DNA of 64,000 nucleotides from a virus. Of this stretch, positions 1 to 9,728 are shown one piece after another (within the stretch, counting starts at the first letter, position 1; every line of letters begins with the position of its first letter). The notes beneath the pieces were generated by a model. It did not search any database, was not told the DNA's origin, and saw only the letters and a program-made list of their open reading frames with translations. The position numbers and the translations under genes are program-made. The DNA is taken from the IMG/VR virus record IMGVR_UViG_3300050014_000619; one strand, given 5' to 3'.

Positions 1-2
1 GA

Positions 3-140
3 AATGACGGTGCAGCACCTGTTTGGAAAATAAAAAAGATTCTGCTTGATGGCACTGTGTGGAAATTTCAATTTCCTAACGGTGATCAATCATATTCTTT
101 TGTTTGGGATGACAGAATTAGTGGATATACATATCAATAA
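3..140 (+). CDS. 3' end of a small putative virion protein (partial, starts before the window)
   Basis: Frame 3 is open to TAA at 138-140 (NDGAAPVWKIKKILLDG...FVWDDRISGYTYQ) and is followed by a terminator. Confidence 0.6.
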   Translation, partial: NDGAAPVWKIKKILLDGTVWKFQFPNGDQSYSFVWDDRISGYTYQ

Positions 141-166
141 CCTGCTGTTATTTAAAAGATAATATT

Positions 167-197
167 AAAAAGGATGAATTTATTTTCATCCTTTTTT
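167..197 (+). terminator. Intrinsic terminator
   Basis: AAAAAGGATGAA-loop-TTCATCCTTTTTT hairpin with T-tract. Confidence 0.8.
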
Positions 198-230
198 GTT
201 TATAACCGATATTTAATTAGCTATTGTTTA

Positions 231-238
231 GTATTTAT
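231..238 (+). promoter_or_regulatory. GTATTTAT putative phage late-promoter motif
   Basis: Recurrent strand-oriented motif, 23 nt before the ATG at 254. Confidence 0.65.
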
Positions 239-253
239 TAAAAATGGTATAAT

Positions 254-1513
254 ATGTCAACATTCGCAATAGATTTAATTACAGGCAAACAGTTTCTATT
301 CAACGAAACTTTTATTAATAGCGGTACTACTGTCTTTTCAGGTATTACTTCAGGAAATAACGGCTTAAGCTGTGGTGCTCCATTTCAACTTAAGCTCGGT
401 GGTACATTAACTTGTTCTACAGTATTAACCAGAGGCGTTGGAAACACTGCAGGTGTTGAATATGGTGGAGATTATTCTGCAAGTTATAGCAGCCGTTCTT
501 TGGTGGATAAGGGGTATGCAGATACCAAATTAAAAATATCTGTATTTACTGGCTACAGTGCCAGCACATTAGTTAACATTAATACCAGAGCATTAAAAAC
601 AAGCATTGCAACATACACTGGTACTACAGCAGTAGCAACTTATGTCTTAAAATCAAGTATCAATACTTATACTGGTACGACAGCACCGAATTTATATGTT
701 TGTAAAACTAATTTCAATACATATACTGGTGCAACTCATACTTGTATGGACAGACATGCTTATTTAAGCGGTGCAACATTTACAGGTGTAGTTCGTGGTG
801 TAACTCCTGCAATAAATGATAACACCACATGTTTTGCAACAACAGCATATTACATTGGTCAGGCAGGTACTGCAAATCCACTTATGAATGCTGGTGTTTG
901 TGTGGGTACATCAAATTTATTTGCACGTCAAGATCACGTACATCCAAAAGACAGTACAAAATTATCACTGAGTGGTGGTACAATGACAGGTGCATTAGTA
1001 ATCGATTCAAATCTTACAGTAACTGGTACAACTATTCTTCGTGGAACAACTTGTTTAGGAACTCCAGCAGCAGGTAGTATTGTAACAGATAGAACATTAT
1101 TTTGGAATCCTACTACATGTGCAGTTCATGCAGTTCATTTAACTGGTGGTAGTGATTCATATTTTTATACAGAAAAAACAACTACTGCAACTATTGCTGC
1201 AGGAGTTACAGTAACACCATATTTATCAGGAACACCTTGGACTTTTCTCGCTGGTAGATATGAAATTTATTTTAACGCACAATTTGGTAATAGTGCTGCT
1301 GGTGGTACTTGCCTACAATTTTTGTGTGACAATACAATAATTGGTACTCGTTATTTAAATGGTGGACAAACAGGAGGTTGGGTGTCAAGTGCATCATTAT
1401 CAAGGGACGTTACAATGACAGCAGGTTGTCACTGTTTAGAAATTAGATTTTCTCGTGATGCAAACACAGCATGTGTAACATATGGTATGATTAGAGCAAA
1501 GAGAATTTGTTAA
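254..1513 (+). CDS. Tail-fibre-like virion protein, Thr/Gly/Cys-rich
   Basis: 419 aa; internal repeats (KxSIxTYTGTTA); fibre motifs ARQDHVHP and LSGGTMTG. Confidence 0.65.
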   Translation: MSTFAIDLITGKQFLFNETFINSGTTVFSGITSGNNGLSCGAPFQLKLGGTLTCSTVLTRGVGNTAGVEYGGDYSASYSSRSLVDKGYADTKLKISVFTGYSASTLVNINTRALKTSIATYTGTTAVATYVLKSSINTYTGTTAPNLYVCKTNFNTYTGATHTCMDRHAYLSGATFTGVVRGVTPAINDNTTCFATTAYYIGQAGTANPLMNAGVCVGTSNLFARQDHVHPKDSTKLSLSGGTMTGALVIDSNLTVTGTTILRGTTCLGTPAAGSIVTDRTLFWNPTTCAVHAVHLTGGSDSYFYTEKTTTATIAAGVTVTPYLSGTPWTFLAGRYEIYFNAQFGNSAAGGTCLQFLCDNTIIGTRYLNGGQTGGWVSSASLSRDVTMTAGCHCLEIRFSRDANTACVTYGMIRAKRIC

Positions 1514-1517
1514 TATA

Positions 1518-1526
1518 GTATTTATA
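1518..1526 (+). promoter_or_regulatory. GTATTTATA putative late-promoter motif
   Basis: 22 nt before the ATG at 1540. Confidence 0.65.
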
Positions 1527-1539
1527 TAAAAATATTATC

Positions 1540-1986
1540 ATGGGTGAGTTTTTTAATACAATTTTTGGAGAATATAGTACAGTTCAATTATTGGGATATT
1601 TGTGGTTCTTTGTTATTGGATATATTATTTATTTTTTAACCGAAGTAAGTGGTAGGGATGTTCATAGCTCACACACACCAATTAAATGGAGTTGGAAATT
1701 CTGGTTTTTTGATAACTGGCGCAGATATTTAGCAACAATTTTATGTACATATATACTTTTTAGATTTTATATTGAAATAAATGGTCATCCGTTCGGTAAT
1801 TTTGATGCGGTTACATTGGGTCTTCTTGGTGATGGAATTGCAGCAACCGCTAAGAGAAGAATTGGTGGAATTGGTGGAGATCGAGATGAATTAATGAGAG
1901 AATATCATACAGATGAATTCAGATCAGATCAAAAACAAATTGTAGATGAAGTTAAAGCTAATAGTAAAGAAGAACAAACAACATAA
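1540..1986 (+). CDS. Small membrane protein, possible holin
   Basis: 148 aa; 2-3 hydrophobic segments and a charged C-terminal tail. Confidence 0.45.
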   Translation: MGEFFNTIFGEYSTVQLLGYLWFFVIGYIIYFLTEVSGRDVHSSHTPIKWSWKFWFFDNWRRYLATILCTYILFRFYIEINGHPFGNFDAVTLGLLGDGIAATAKRRIGGIGGDRDELMREYHTDEFRSDQKQIVDEVKANSKEEQTT

Positions 1987-1988
1987 TT

Positions 1989-2408
1989 ATGAATTATAGT
2001 ACATTTGATATTAACAATTTTTTTATTAAGAAAGACAGTACACTTCCCGAATTAGAATATCCACTTGTTCAACAAGTAATGGAAATGTATAATATTACGG
2101 AAGATATGCTTGAAAATGTAGCTGTTACATTTTCTATGATCGATGCTCAAACTGGTTTATATCGCATTGCAAACGTACCCGCAAGTCTTGTTATTAGAAA
2201 TGACAGACCAGCTTTTCCTGCAGATGAAAAATATACCTTCACATATAGATTTACATTAAGAGATACAAAAAAAGCTGGTAGATACAATGCAGAATTTGTC
2301 ATCGATTTTTTAGGTGAGCAAATTGGTTGCGGAAAAATTAAATTACCTGTAAATGGTTATATCAATGTATTAATAAGTGATTCAATTACTAAAACCACTG
2401 TCGTCTAA
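1989..2408 (+). CDS. BppU N-terminal-like (baseplate/fibre attachment) protein
   Basis: FFIKKDSTLPEL...VTFSM...DTKKAGRYNAEF pattern resembles BppU_N-like Ig folds. Confidence 0.55.
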   Translation: MNYSTFDINNFFIKKDSTLPELEYPLVQQVMEMYNITEDMLENVAVTFSMIDAQTGLYRIANVPASLVIRNDRPAFPADEKYTFTYRFTLRDTKKAGRYNAEFVIDFLGEQIGCGKIKLPVNGYINVLISDSITKTTVV

Positions 2409-3148
2409 CCAATTAACATATGTGAACATATTGTATCAAGCCAATTCTTTTTAAATGCAGCAGAATAAGCACTAACTGATTTTTTTTGAAATTCATATCT
2501 TGTATTATACTTAAGTGCTTCGGTTTGACATTTTTCAATACTCCAATAACCAGTAGGTTTTTGAGTTTTAATCATGTGTGTTGTAATTATATCAAGCCAA
2601 TTATTTTTTAGTGCCGAATTATATGCAGAACCAGAGGTTTTTTCAAATTTATATTTCGTATTGTATTTTAATGCTTCTTCTTTACATTTTTCAAAAGTCC
2701 AATATATCTTATTTCCACCTAAAGCACCAGTTTTTGCTTTATTTAAAAGTTTCCATCCATTTGTTTTATAATTATTATACCAATAATTTTCTAATATTTT
2801 TGCTTCATCAATATCGACAAATTCATTAACTAATATTTTATGCGTTGGTATTATGTTAGTTTTTAAAATGTGTTTATAAACAGGACTTTTAATATCGGTT
2901 ATATGTTCCCAATTTCTTTTTATAATATTATATGTTAAACCAACATATACATAATTATCTGAAAATTCATATGAATATATTAATTTTTTATGTTGATTAC
3001 CCAAAGGTATCATATGTGTACATATTTCATTTAAAAAATTTTTTCTTCTTGCTGTTTGATATGCTGAACTTGATTGATTTTTAAAATCAATTTTCGTTAT
3101 ATATTTTAATGCTTCTTTTTTGCATGTTTCAAAATTCCATTTATTCAT
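2405..3148 (-). CDS. GIY-YIG homing endonuclease with three helical DNA-binding repeats
   Basis: LIYSYEF...VYVGLT...R...H...E...N core; repeats W(T/S/N)xExCxxEALKY...SAY; very AT-rich; antisense to its neighbours. Confidence 0.8.
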   Translation of the reverse strand: MNKWNFETCKKEALKYITKIDFKNQSSSAYQTARRKNFLNEICTHMIPLGNQHKKLIYSYEFSDNYVYVGLTYNIIKRNWEHITDIKSPVYKHILKTNIIPTHKILVNEFVDIDEAKILENYWYNNYKTNGWKLLNKAKTGALGGNKIYWTFEKCKEEALKYNTKYKFEKTSGSAYNSALKNNWLDIITTHMIKTQKPTGYWSIEKCQTEALKYNTRYEFQKKSVSAYSAAFKKNWLDTICSHMLIG

Positions 3149-3164
3149 AGCAGATACAATTTAT

Positions 3165-3173
3165 TATAAATAC
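3165..3173 (-). promoter_or_regulatory. GTATTTATA motif on the minus strand for the GIY-YIG gene
   Basis: TATAAATAC on + strand; motif starts 25 nt upstream of the minus-strand ATG at 3148. Confidence 0.65.
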
Positions 3174-3194
3174 AGGGATATGTTTTAATAATCG

Positions 3195-3225
3195 TTGCAA
3201 TTGAATTATTTATTATATATATTTG
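3195..3225 (+). promoter_or_regulatory. Bacteroidota-type primary-sigma promoter (-33/-7)
   Basis: TTG(3195-97)-N20-TATATTTG(3218-25) upstream of the helicase-polymerase operon. Confidence 0.7.
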
Positions 3226-3243
3226 TAAAAATTTTAAAATTTT

Positions 3244-5037
3244 ATGTCAGAACCAGTTTTTATTGTTCATTGTTTAAGAGTTCGCAAGACATCCTTATAT
3301 CAGTTAAGATTTCCAATTAACGACCAACTTACTAATAGAATCAAAGAATTGCCACACGCTTCAAGAAGATGGGTTGCATTAGAATATGCATGGGAAGTTA
3401 ATAGTGCAGGACTGCTCAGTTTAATTAAAAGATACAAAGGCTCAAATAAAATTCATTTTGATTTTGGTAATGACGAAAGTAAAAAAATTTTTATTAATCA
3501 AATTAAAAAGGTTGAAGCTGCCGAAGAAGAAAAACGTAAATTTATAGCCGATCTTAATATTAAAAAGGAGCATTGGGTTAAATATAAACAGGAGTTAGAA
3601 GCAACATACGAGAAGTATAGCGATCAGTTACATGCATTGTTAAAACCAGAGATAAAACTTTATCCTCACCAAATTCAAGCAGCCTTATTTGCAAATGCTA
3701 CACGTAATACGCTGATCTCTCACGAGATGGGACTCGGAAAAACTGCCGTTTCCATACTTTATGTTGAAATGAATAAATTTGAAAAAGTAATTGTAGTTAC
3801 TCCTAATTCATTAAAATTTAACTACTATAATGAAATTGAAAAATTTACAAATAGTAATGCACACATTATTGGTTGGAGAAAAAATAAATGTGGTATTCAG
3901 GATGCTAAGTATGTGATTGTTAATTATGATTTCTTTAATCCAAGTAGTAAAGATAAGTTTTTAAAGAAGTGGCAAAAACTAAAGATTGAAGAAATTGATG
4001 CAGTTATTTGTGACGAAAGCCAGAAGTTAAAAAATACAAAAGCAAACACATATAAAAATTTCAACAGAACATTCAATAAACTTTTATTTAAAAGTGGTAA
4101 AATCAGCAAGATTTTCCTCTCTGGTACTCCTGCACCGAATAGAGCATATGAACTTTATACTGTCCTGAACCAGATATCTCCTGCAGATTTTGCAACAAAA
4201 GAATATTTTTATGAATATTATTGTGGTATGATTTATGACCATGATAGTGGTTGGGGTTATGTTACAAATAGTGCAGAAGCAAAACTTGAAGAACTTTATC
4301 ATAAAGCAGCACCATATACTCACAGAAAACGTAAATTCGAAGTATTGACCGATCTTCCTGATAAAATTTATCAGAAGATTATGTTTGAAATGGATGATGA
4401 CGAATATGCAGTTTATGATGAAATTGAAGAAGGTGTTGCAAATGAATTTGTTGCACATCCAAATGGAAATCCGTTGACAACGATGTTGCGATTAAGACAA
4501 TACACAGCTTCATTAAAGATTAAGCATGTTATTGAATTGGTTGAAAATATTCTTGAAACAGGCGAAAAGGTTGTAATTGTTGATTATTTTAAAGATGCAT
4601 TATATGAATTGAAAGAAAAACTTGGTGATGTTGCTGCACTTCATACTGGCGATCAAAAGGATGATGAAAGAGCAGAGATTGTAAAGAAATTTCAAGACCC
4701 AAATAGTGATTTAAAAGTATTTTTAGGTACAGTACAGACATGTGGATACGGATTAACCCTTACAGCAGCCAGCAAATTGTTTTTTCTGACACTTCCTTAT
4801 TCGGTAGGTGAATATGATCAGGTAAGTGACAGACTTCATAGGATTGGTCAAAAAGCAGTTGTAAACATATATCCTTTGATGTTCAGGGATACTATTGATG
4901 ATTATGTATTTAGTTCAATTGAAAATAAAAGAAAAGAAATCGTGAAAGTGATTGATAATGAAGATTACAAATCTGATGTCAGCGAATCAGTGCTGAGTGA
5001 GGTTATTGCTAAAATTAAAGAAAAACATGGGAAGTGA
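3244..5037 (+). CDS. SNF2-family helicase with N-terminal HARP-like domain
   Basis: LYPHQ, EMGLGKT, DESQ, LSGTP, GYGLTLT, QVSDRLHRIGQ motifs. Confidence 0.9.
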   Translation: MSEPVFIVHCLRVRKTSLYQLRFPINDQLTNRIKELPHASRRWVALEYAWEVNSAGLLSLIKRYKGSNKIHFDFGNDESKKIFINQIKKVEAAEEEKRKFIADLNIKKEHWVKYKQELEATYEKYSDQLHALLKPEIKLYPHQIQAALFANATRNTLISHEMGLGKTAVSILYVEMNKFEKVIVVTPNSLKFNYYNEIEKFTNSNAHIIGWRKNKCGIQDAKYVIVNYDFFNPSSKDKFLKKWQKLKIEEIDAVICDESQKLKNTKANTYKNFNRTFNKLLFKSGKISKIFLSGTPAPNRAYELYTVLNQISPADFATKEYFYEYYCGMIYDHDSGWGYVTNSAEAKLEELYHKAAPYTHRKRKFEVLTDLPDKIYQKIMFEMDDDEYAVYDEIEEGVANEFVAHPNGNPLTTMLRLRQYTASLKIKHVIELVENILETGEKVVIVDYFKDALYELKEKLGDVAALHTGDQKDDERAEIVKKFQDPNSDLKVFLGTVQTCGYGLTLTAASKLFFLTLPYSVGEYDQVSDRLHRIGQKAVVNIYPLMFRDTIDDYVFSSIENKRKEIVKVIDNEDYKSDVSESVLSEVIAKIKEKHGK

Positions 5038-5398
5038 GTATATTTACGGGAGAAATCCGTTTAGAGATTTTTTGCTTGAGTCAATTATGACTGATGTTGA
5101 TATATCAACAAAAGAAGCAAAAAGGGATATTGATAGTGCATTTAAATATATTTTAGGAAACATTTTGATTAATCGTGACGAGGTAGTATATTTGGATTTT
5201 GAAATAAAGAAAAATGAAGAGCATTATAAACTTCACGGAAAGAATTCAATAAGTGCCTTATGGTTAAGTGGATTTTTCCCAAGTGATGCTACATTGATTG
5301 TAAAAAGTACAACATTTTTAATTGGAAACAGAAAATATGTTTTCAATAAAGAAACAAATGAGTTAACATATACAGTGGTTTATGAGCAAAATGAATAA
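5027..5398 (+). CDS. Hypothetical protein
   Basis: ORF between helicase and polymerase; likely ATG at 5027 overlapping the helicase stop. Confidence 0.65.
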   Translation: MGSEYIYGRNPFRDFLLESIMTDVDISTKEAKRDIDSAFKYILGNILINRDEVVYLDFEIKKNEEHYKLHGKNSISALWLSGFFPSDATLIVKSTTFLIGNRKYVFNKETNELTYTVVYEQNE

Positions 5399-8300
5399 GT
5401 TACAGGTTTTAGCTGAAATCAAAGGATTTCTTGAAGGCTATAATAATGACCTCAAGTATCTTGTAAATGTCGAGACCGACCCGACAACAAATATTGCCGA
5501 TTGTATTATACACGAACCTAATAAGGAAAAGAAAATCGTTAAAATGCGATACGAACCTTTCGTGTATGTTAAGGACTTGGAAAAACTTGGTCGTACATTG
5601 TATGAAGGCTATTCTCAAGAATATATTGAAAGTAAAAAAATAAAATACGGAATAACAATTACCAAATTAAAAACTGGTAATCAAAAAAGACTCGTTGATG
5701 GTTATTGTTATAAAGTAACAAGTAGTAAATCAAATAATGCCATTATTAATTATTTTAAAGATGGTGGTATCGACACATTCTTAAAAGTTGTTGATGCTGA
5801 TGGTAATATAGTTAAGGATAAAAAAACTGGTAAACCGAAGTATGTTAATCGTGAATTATTTCAGTCACCAAGCACAACAGAACAATTCTTTATTTCAACA
5901 CAATCAAGGCTTTATAAGGGTTTTGAAGAATACAAACAAGTACATAAACTGACCTTTGACTGTGAAACAACTGGTTTGCGTTATGCAATGGCAAGATTAT
6001 TTGCTATTGGTGTAAGAGATAACAGAGGTTTTGAAACAATTCTGGAAGTCGAGAAGATTAACGATAATGATGCTGAGATTAAGTTAATCCAGATGTTTTT
6101 TAATCTTATACATGAATTAAAACCAGCAGTAATTGCAGGATTCAACTCAGAAATGTTTGACTTTGAATTTATTCTTGGTAGAGCAAAATTATTGGGAATG
6201 GATTTAACTCTGCTTCCAACAGGACTTAAAGCTGATGTATCATTAAAAAGAAGACCAAACACCAGTGTAAAATACGGTAATACTGCCGACAAATACACCG
6301 CAACTCAAATGTGGGGTTATTCTGTTATTGACATTCTGCATGCTGTAAGACGAACTGCTGCAGTTAATAGCGAGATAAAAGAAAACAAGTTAAAGTATAT
6401 TGCAAAACTTGAAAAGATCGCCAAACCCAACAGAACATATATTGCAGGGGAAGACAATCAAATCGGTAGGTTTTACAGTGAGAATAAAGTATTTGTTATT
6501 GATGAAAATAATAATTACTGTCAAATACCCAATGAATATCAGGAAGTAGCAAAGAATCTCTATAAATTACAAGCAAATCGTGCTAAATTAACTGATGATG
6601 AATATAAAGCATACAGGACTACATATTTAACTGGTTCTGAAAAGTTTATTAAGTGGTTCAGAGAAGAAGCATTAGTGAAAAAAATGAACAAGTTCATTGG
6701 TGGTAAAACACTTTTGAGACAATATCTTCTTGATGACCTTTGGGAAACTGAACAGGTTGATGAACTTTACAATCAATCATCATTCATGTTAGCGAAGATA
6801 GTACCAACGACTTATCAGAGGATTTGTACAATGGGAACTGCTGCTATTTGGAATTTACTTATGACTGCTTGGAGTTATGAAAATGATATTGCCATACCCC
6901 ATTGTGATGTCAACATGAAATTCTCTGGTGGTCTGGCAAGATGTTATAAATCTGGCTTTTCAAAGCGTATAATTAAGATTGACTATGCCAGTCTTTACCC
7001 AATGCTTCAATTAACATGGGACATCTTTCCAATATTTGATATCACTGGTGTTATGAAGAAAATTTTGTTGTATTTAACAACAACTCGTAATATCTATAAG
7101 AAATTAGCAAACATTACTGACCTGAATACTGAAGAGGTTGACTTATTAAGACAAATCGACCCTGAAATGTACGTGAAGTATGTACAAAAGGCATTTACAC
7201 CTGAAGACATTGCAATGTTCAAGATTAAACAGTTGCCTATAAAGATTTTGAACAACTCATTATTTGGTGCTTTGGGTTCAGGTATATCGTTCAACTGGTC
7301 AGATAACGTTTGTGCTGCACGTATCACCTGCTGTGGACGTATTGAGTTACGTCATGCTATTAATTGGTTTAGTAAATATAAGTGTGTGGCATTACTTGCC
7401 GTAACTGATGGTATAAACTTTCAATATCCTGAAACCACAAATATCGGATTTAATGATAGTGGTGAAGTACCTGTGGGTGTTGATACTCCAATTGAGCAAG
7501 CATGGCAATATGGTGGAAAGACTGGTATAAATGCACTTATTTTAAAGTTCAATAAAGAAGAAATGCGTGCTCCTTATATGTCGGTTGATAATGACGGTGA
7601 ATCAATTAGTTGTTTGAACCTTTCAAGAATAAACTATGCTACACTTGCATTGGCTAAAGATAAGAAGAGTGGTGAAATGAAAGAGAAAATCAAATTAACT
7701 GGTAACACAATCAAATCGAAGGTCATGCCCGGGTACATACAGGAATTTATTGATAAAGGTTTGGAATTAATTCTTCACGATAAAGGTAAAGAATTTGTAG
7801 ATTATTATAACGAATATGCTAAATTATTATATTATCGACAGATTCCCTTGAGAAAAATTGCAAGTAAGAGCAGGATAAAATCAACCATTAATCAATACAA
7901 AAAAAGAGGCAATGATAAGAATGGTAGAGCAAAAGGAAAACAAGCTCACATGGAACTTCTGATAGCTAAAAGAAATAAAATTGCTGAAGAAGTATTTCAA
8001 AAGTACAAAGGCAGTTTATTATTTGTTAAGGCTGAAGAAAAACTGACCATTGAGGATAAGTTAAAACTCGTTAATGACTATATGCCACCAGAACCTGAAC
8101 TTGATAGTGTTGTTTATTTTGTAAACACTGGAACTAAAATATCTGATAGTAATTCAGGTATTATGAAAGACAAGGTTACTGGCGAAGAAAAATTCTGTGC
8201 TGCAATTATTACTGCCGATGATATGTTGGAGAATCCCGATATGAAGGGTGAATATAATATTGCTAAGTATTTGAATGCTTTTAATAAAAGGGTTAAATCA

Positions 8301-9074
8301 TTACTGGTCGGCTTCGAACCTGAAGTAAGCAAAGCAATACTTGCAAAGATCGTTAAGGATAAGAAAACCAAAGAAGTTGACTTGAAATGTGGTGGTGAGA
8401 ACTACGCATCATATGATTTAAAACTTAAGAATTTCGATTTAAATGATTTGGATGAATCAATGTATTTGGAAACCAAAGAGGTTGAATTCTGGAATAGAAC
8501 GGGTTATGACCCAAGAAAAGTCTGGACAGGTTTTAAGATGTATGATGACAATAGGGTTTATTATGAAATTTACGATCATGCACTCAATCATCTGAATACT
8601 TTAATGGCAGCAAAGAATCTTCCAAAGATCAAGTCAATTAATGAAGAATATGGTGAAGGTGATATGGTCTTAATTAAAAATGAAAAGATTTTTAGTGTTG
8701 GAAAGCATAATGGAACATTCATTGAAATCATCAGACCAGTGGTTGAGATACCAAAATGTGAACTGGAACTCGAACTCGATAAGAAAAAAGCCGAAGAAGA
8801 AGAGAAAATCAGAAATCTTGAAATGACGTTGATCGCCAAAACAGAGGAAGAGAAAAAAATCGAATTACAGAAGTTAAAACGTGAACAGTATTTTGATAGG
8901 TTCAAGAGACGAATGAACGCACCTGAATTAATGACAATTGATGATTTTTTCCGTGATGAATCAGAAGCAGGTGATATGTTGGATTACTATATAAGTCAAA
9001 TGGAAGGAGAGGATGAGGATGATTCAGAAAATCCTGACGATGAAAATGATGATGGCGGTGACGGTGCATATTAA
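5382..9074 (+). CDS. polB: Family B DNA polymerase with 3'-5' exonuclease
   Basis: Exo I FDCETTG, Exo II GFNSEMFD, Exo III YLLDD; pol A DYASLYP, B KILNNSLFG, C AVTDG. Confidence 0.93.
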   Translation: MSKMNKLQVLAEIKGFLEGYNNDLKYLVNVETDPTTNIADCIIHEPNKEKKIVKMRYEPFVYVKDLEKLGRTLYEGYSQEYIESKKIKYGITITKLKTGNQKRLVDGYCYKVTSSKSNNAIINYFKDGGIDTFLKVVDADGNIVKDKKTGKPKYVNRELFQSPSTTEQFFISTQSRLYKGFEEYKQVHKLTFDCETTGLRYAMARLFAIGVRDNRGFETILEVEKINDNDAEIKLIQMFFNLIHELKPAVIAGFNSEMFDFEFILGRAKLLGMDLTLLPTGLKADVSLKRRPNTSVKYGNTADKYTATQMWGYSVIDILHAVRRTAAVNSEIKENKLKYIAKLEKIAKPNRTYIAGEDNQIGRFYSENKVFVIDENNNYCQIPNEYQEVAKNLYKLQANRAKLTDDEYKAYRTTYLTGSEKFIKWFREEALVKKMNKFIGGKTLLRQYLLDDLWETEQVDELYNQSSFMLAKIVPTTYQRICTMGTAAIWNLLMTAWSYENDIAIPHCDVNMKFSGGLARCYKSGFSKRIIKIDYASLYPMLQLTWDIFPIFDITGVMKKILLYLTTTRNIYKKLANITDLNTEEVDLLRQIDPEMYVKYVQKAFTPEDIAMFKIKQLPIKILNNSLFGALGSGISFNWSDNVCAARITCCGRIELRHAINWFSKYKCVALLAVTDGINFQYPETTNIGFNDSGEVPVGVDTPIEQAWQYGGKTGINALILKFNKEEMRAPYMSVDNDGESISCLNLSRINYATLALAKDKKSGEMKEKIKLTGNTIKSKVMPGYIQEFIDKGLELILHDKGKEFVDYYNEYAKLLYYRQIPLRKIASKSRIKSTINQYKKRGNDKNGRAKGKQAHMELLIAKRNKIAEEVFQKYKGSLLFVKAEEKLTIEDKLKLVNDYMPPEPELDSVVYFVNTGTKISDSNSGIMKDKVTGEEKFCAAIITADDMLENPDMKGEYNIAKYLNAFNKRVKSLLVGFEPEVSKAILAKIVKDKKTKEVDLKCGGENYASYDLKLKNFDLNDLDESMYLETKEVEFWNRTGYDPRKVWTGFKMYDDNRVYYEIYDHALNHLNTLMAAKNLPKIKSINEEYGEGDMVLIKNEKIFSVGKHNGTFIEIIRPVVEIPKCELELELDKKKAEEEEKIRNLEMTLIAKTEEEKKIELQKLKREQYFDRFKRRMNAPELMTIDDFFRDESEAGDMLDYYISQMEGEDEDDSENPDDENDDGGDGAY

Positions 9075-9083
9075 TATTTAATA

Positions 9084-9092
9084 GTATTTATA
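9084..9092 (+). promoter_or_regulatory. GTATTTATA putative late-promoter motif
   Basis: 24 nt before the ATG at 9108. Confidence 0.65.
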
Positions 9093-9107
9093 TGAAAATA
9101 TGTACTA

Positions 9108-9728
9108 ATGAAATTTACAAAAGCTCAGATAAATGAGATCATCGATTCAAACGGTGAGCTAATTGGTAAAAATGACGTACCATCAACTGGTAGCGACTTA
9201 GAGTCAGCAGCAAATAATACAACAGACTATAACCAAAAAATTGGTCAGCAACCATTTAGGTATGACATGTTGGGTCGTTTCGGCTTCACAATGATGCCGT
9301 TTATGGAAGGTAAGGAAAGTCAGGAACAGCTTGAATTAGTGAAAGACCTGAAAGAACTTATGCATCAGAGATTTATGGATATCGCTGGATATTATTACAA
9401 AAATCCTGAGAAATTGAAATCAGATTATAGAAGACAAGACGGTGGTGAACACACCAAAGAATGTGAAAAACTCGATGCGGAATACGCAAATAAGATTATG
9501 GCTGTAATACGCAAACATTTCGAGAAAGCATTTGAACCTAACAATATTGATGAATCTGCTGTTGTTGAAGACAAGGTTGTTGACAAGAAAACTGAAGACG
9601 AAATGTCCAGCAAAGCTGAAGATAAAGAAGTACAGGAAAAAAAACTTGAAAAGATCGCTGGTTTAATTAGTAAACTCGATCAAGAAGCTAAAGATAAACT
9701 TAAAAACCTACTGGAAAGAAATGGCTAA
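9108..9728 (+). CDS. Hypothetical acidic protein, possible head-internal protein
   Basis: 206 aa; INE, FME, IDE candidate processing sites; late-type motif upstream. Confidence 0.6.
   Translation: MKFTKAQINEIIDSNGELIGKNDVPSTGSDLESAANNTTDYNQKIGQQPFRYDMLGRFGFTMMPFMEGKESQEQLELVKDLKELMHQRFMDIAGYYYKNPEKLKSDYRRQDGGEHTKECEKLDAEYANKIMAVIRKHFEKAFEPNNIDESAVVEDKVVDKKTEDEMSSKAEDKEVQEKKLEKIAGLISKLDQEAKDKLKNLLERNG

Noticed and set aside
5382-9074. Intein in the DNA polymerase
   Set aside because: Insertions lack Cys/Ser...His-Asn splice junctions and LAGLIDADG blocks
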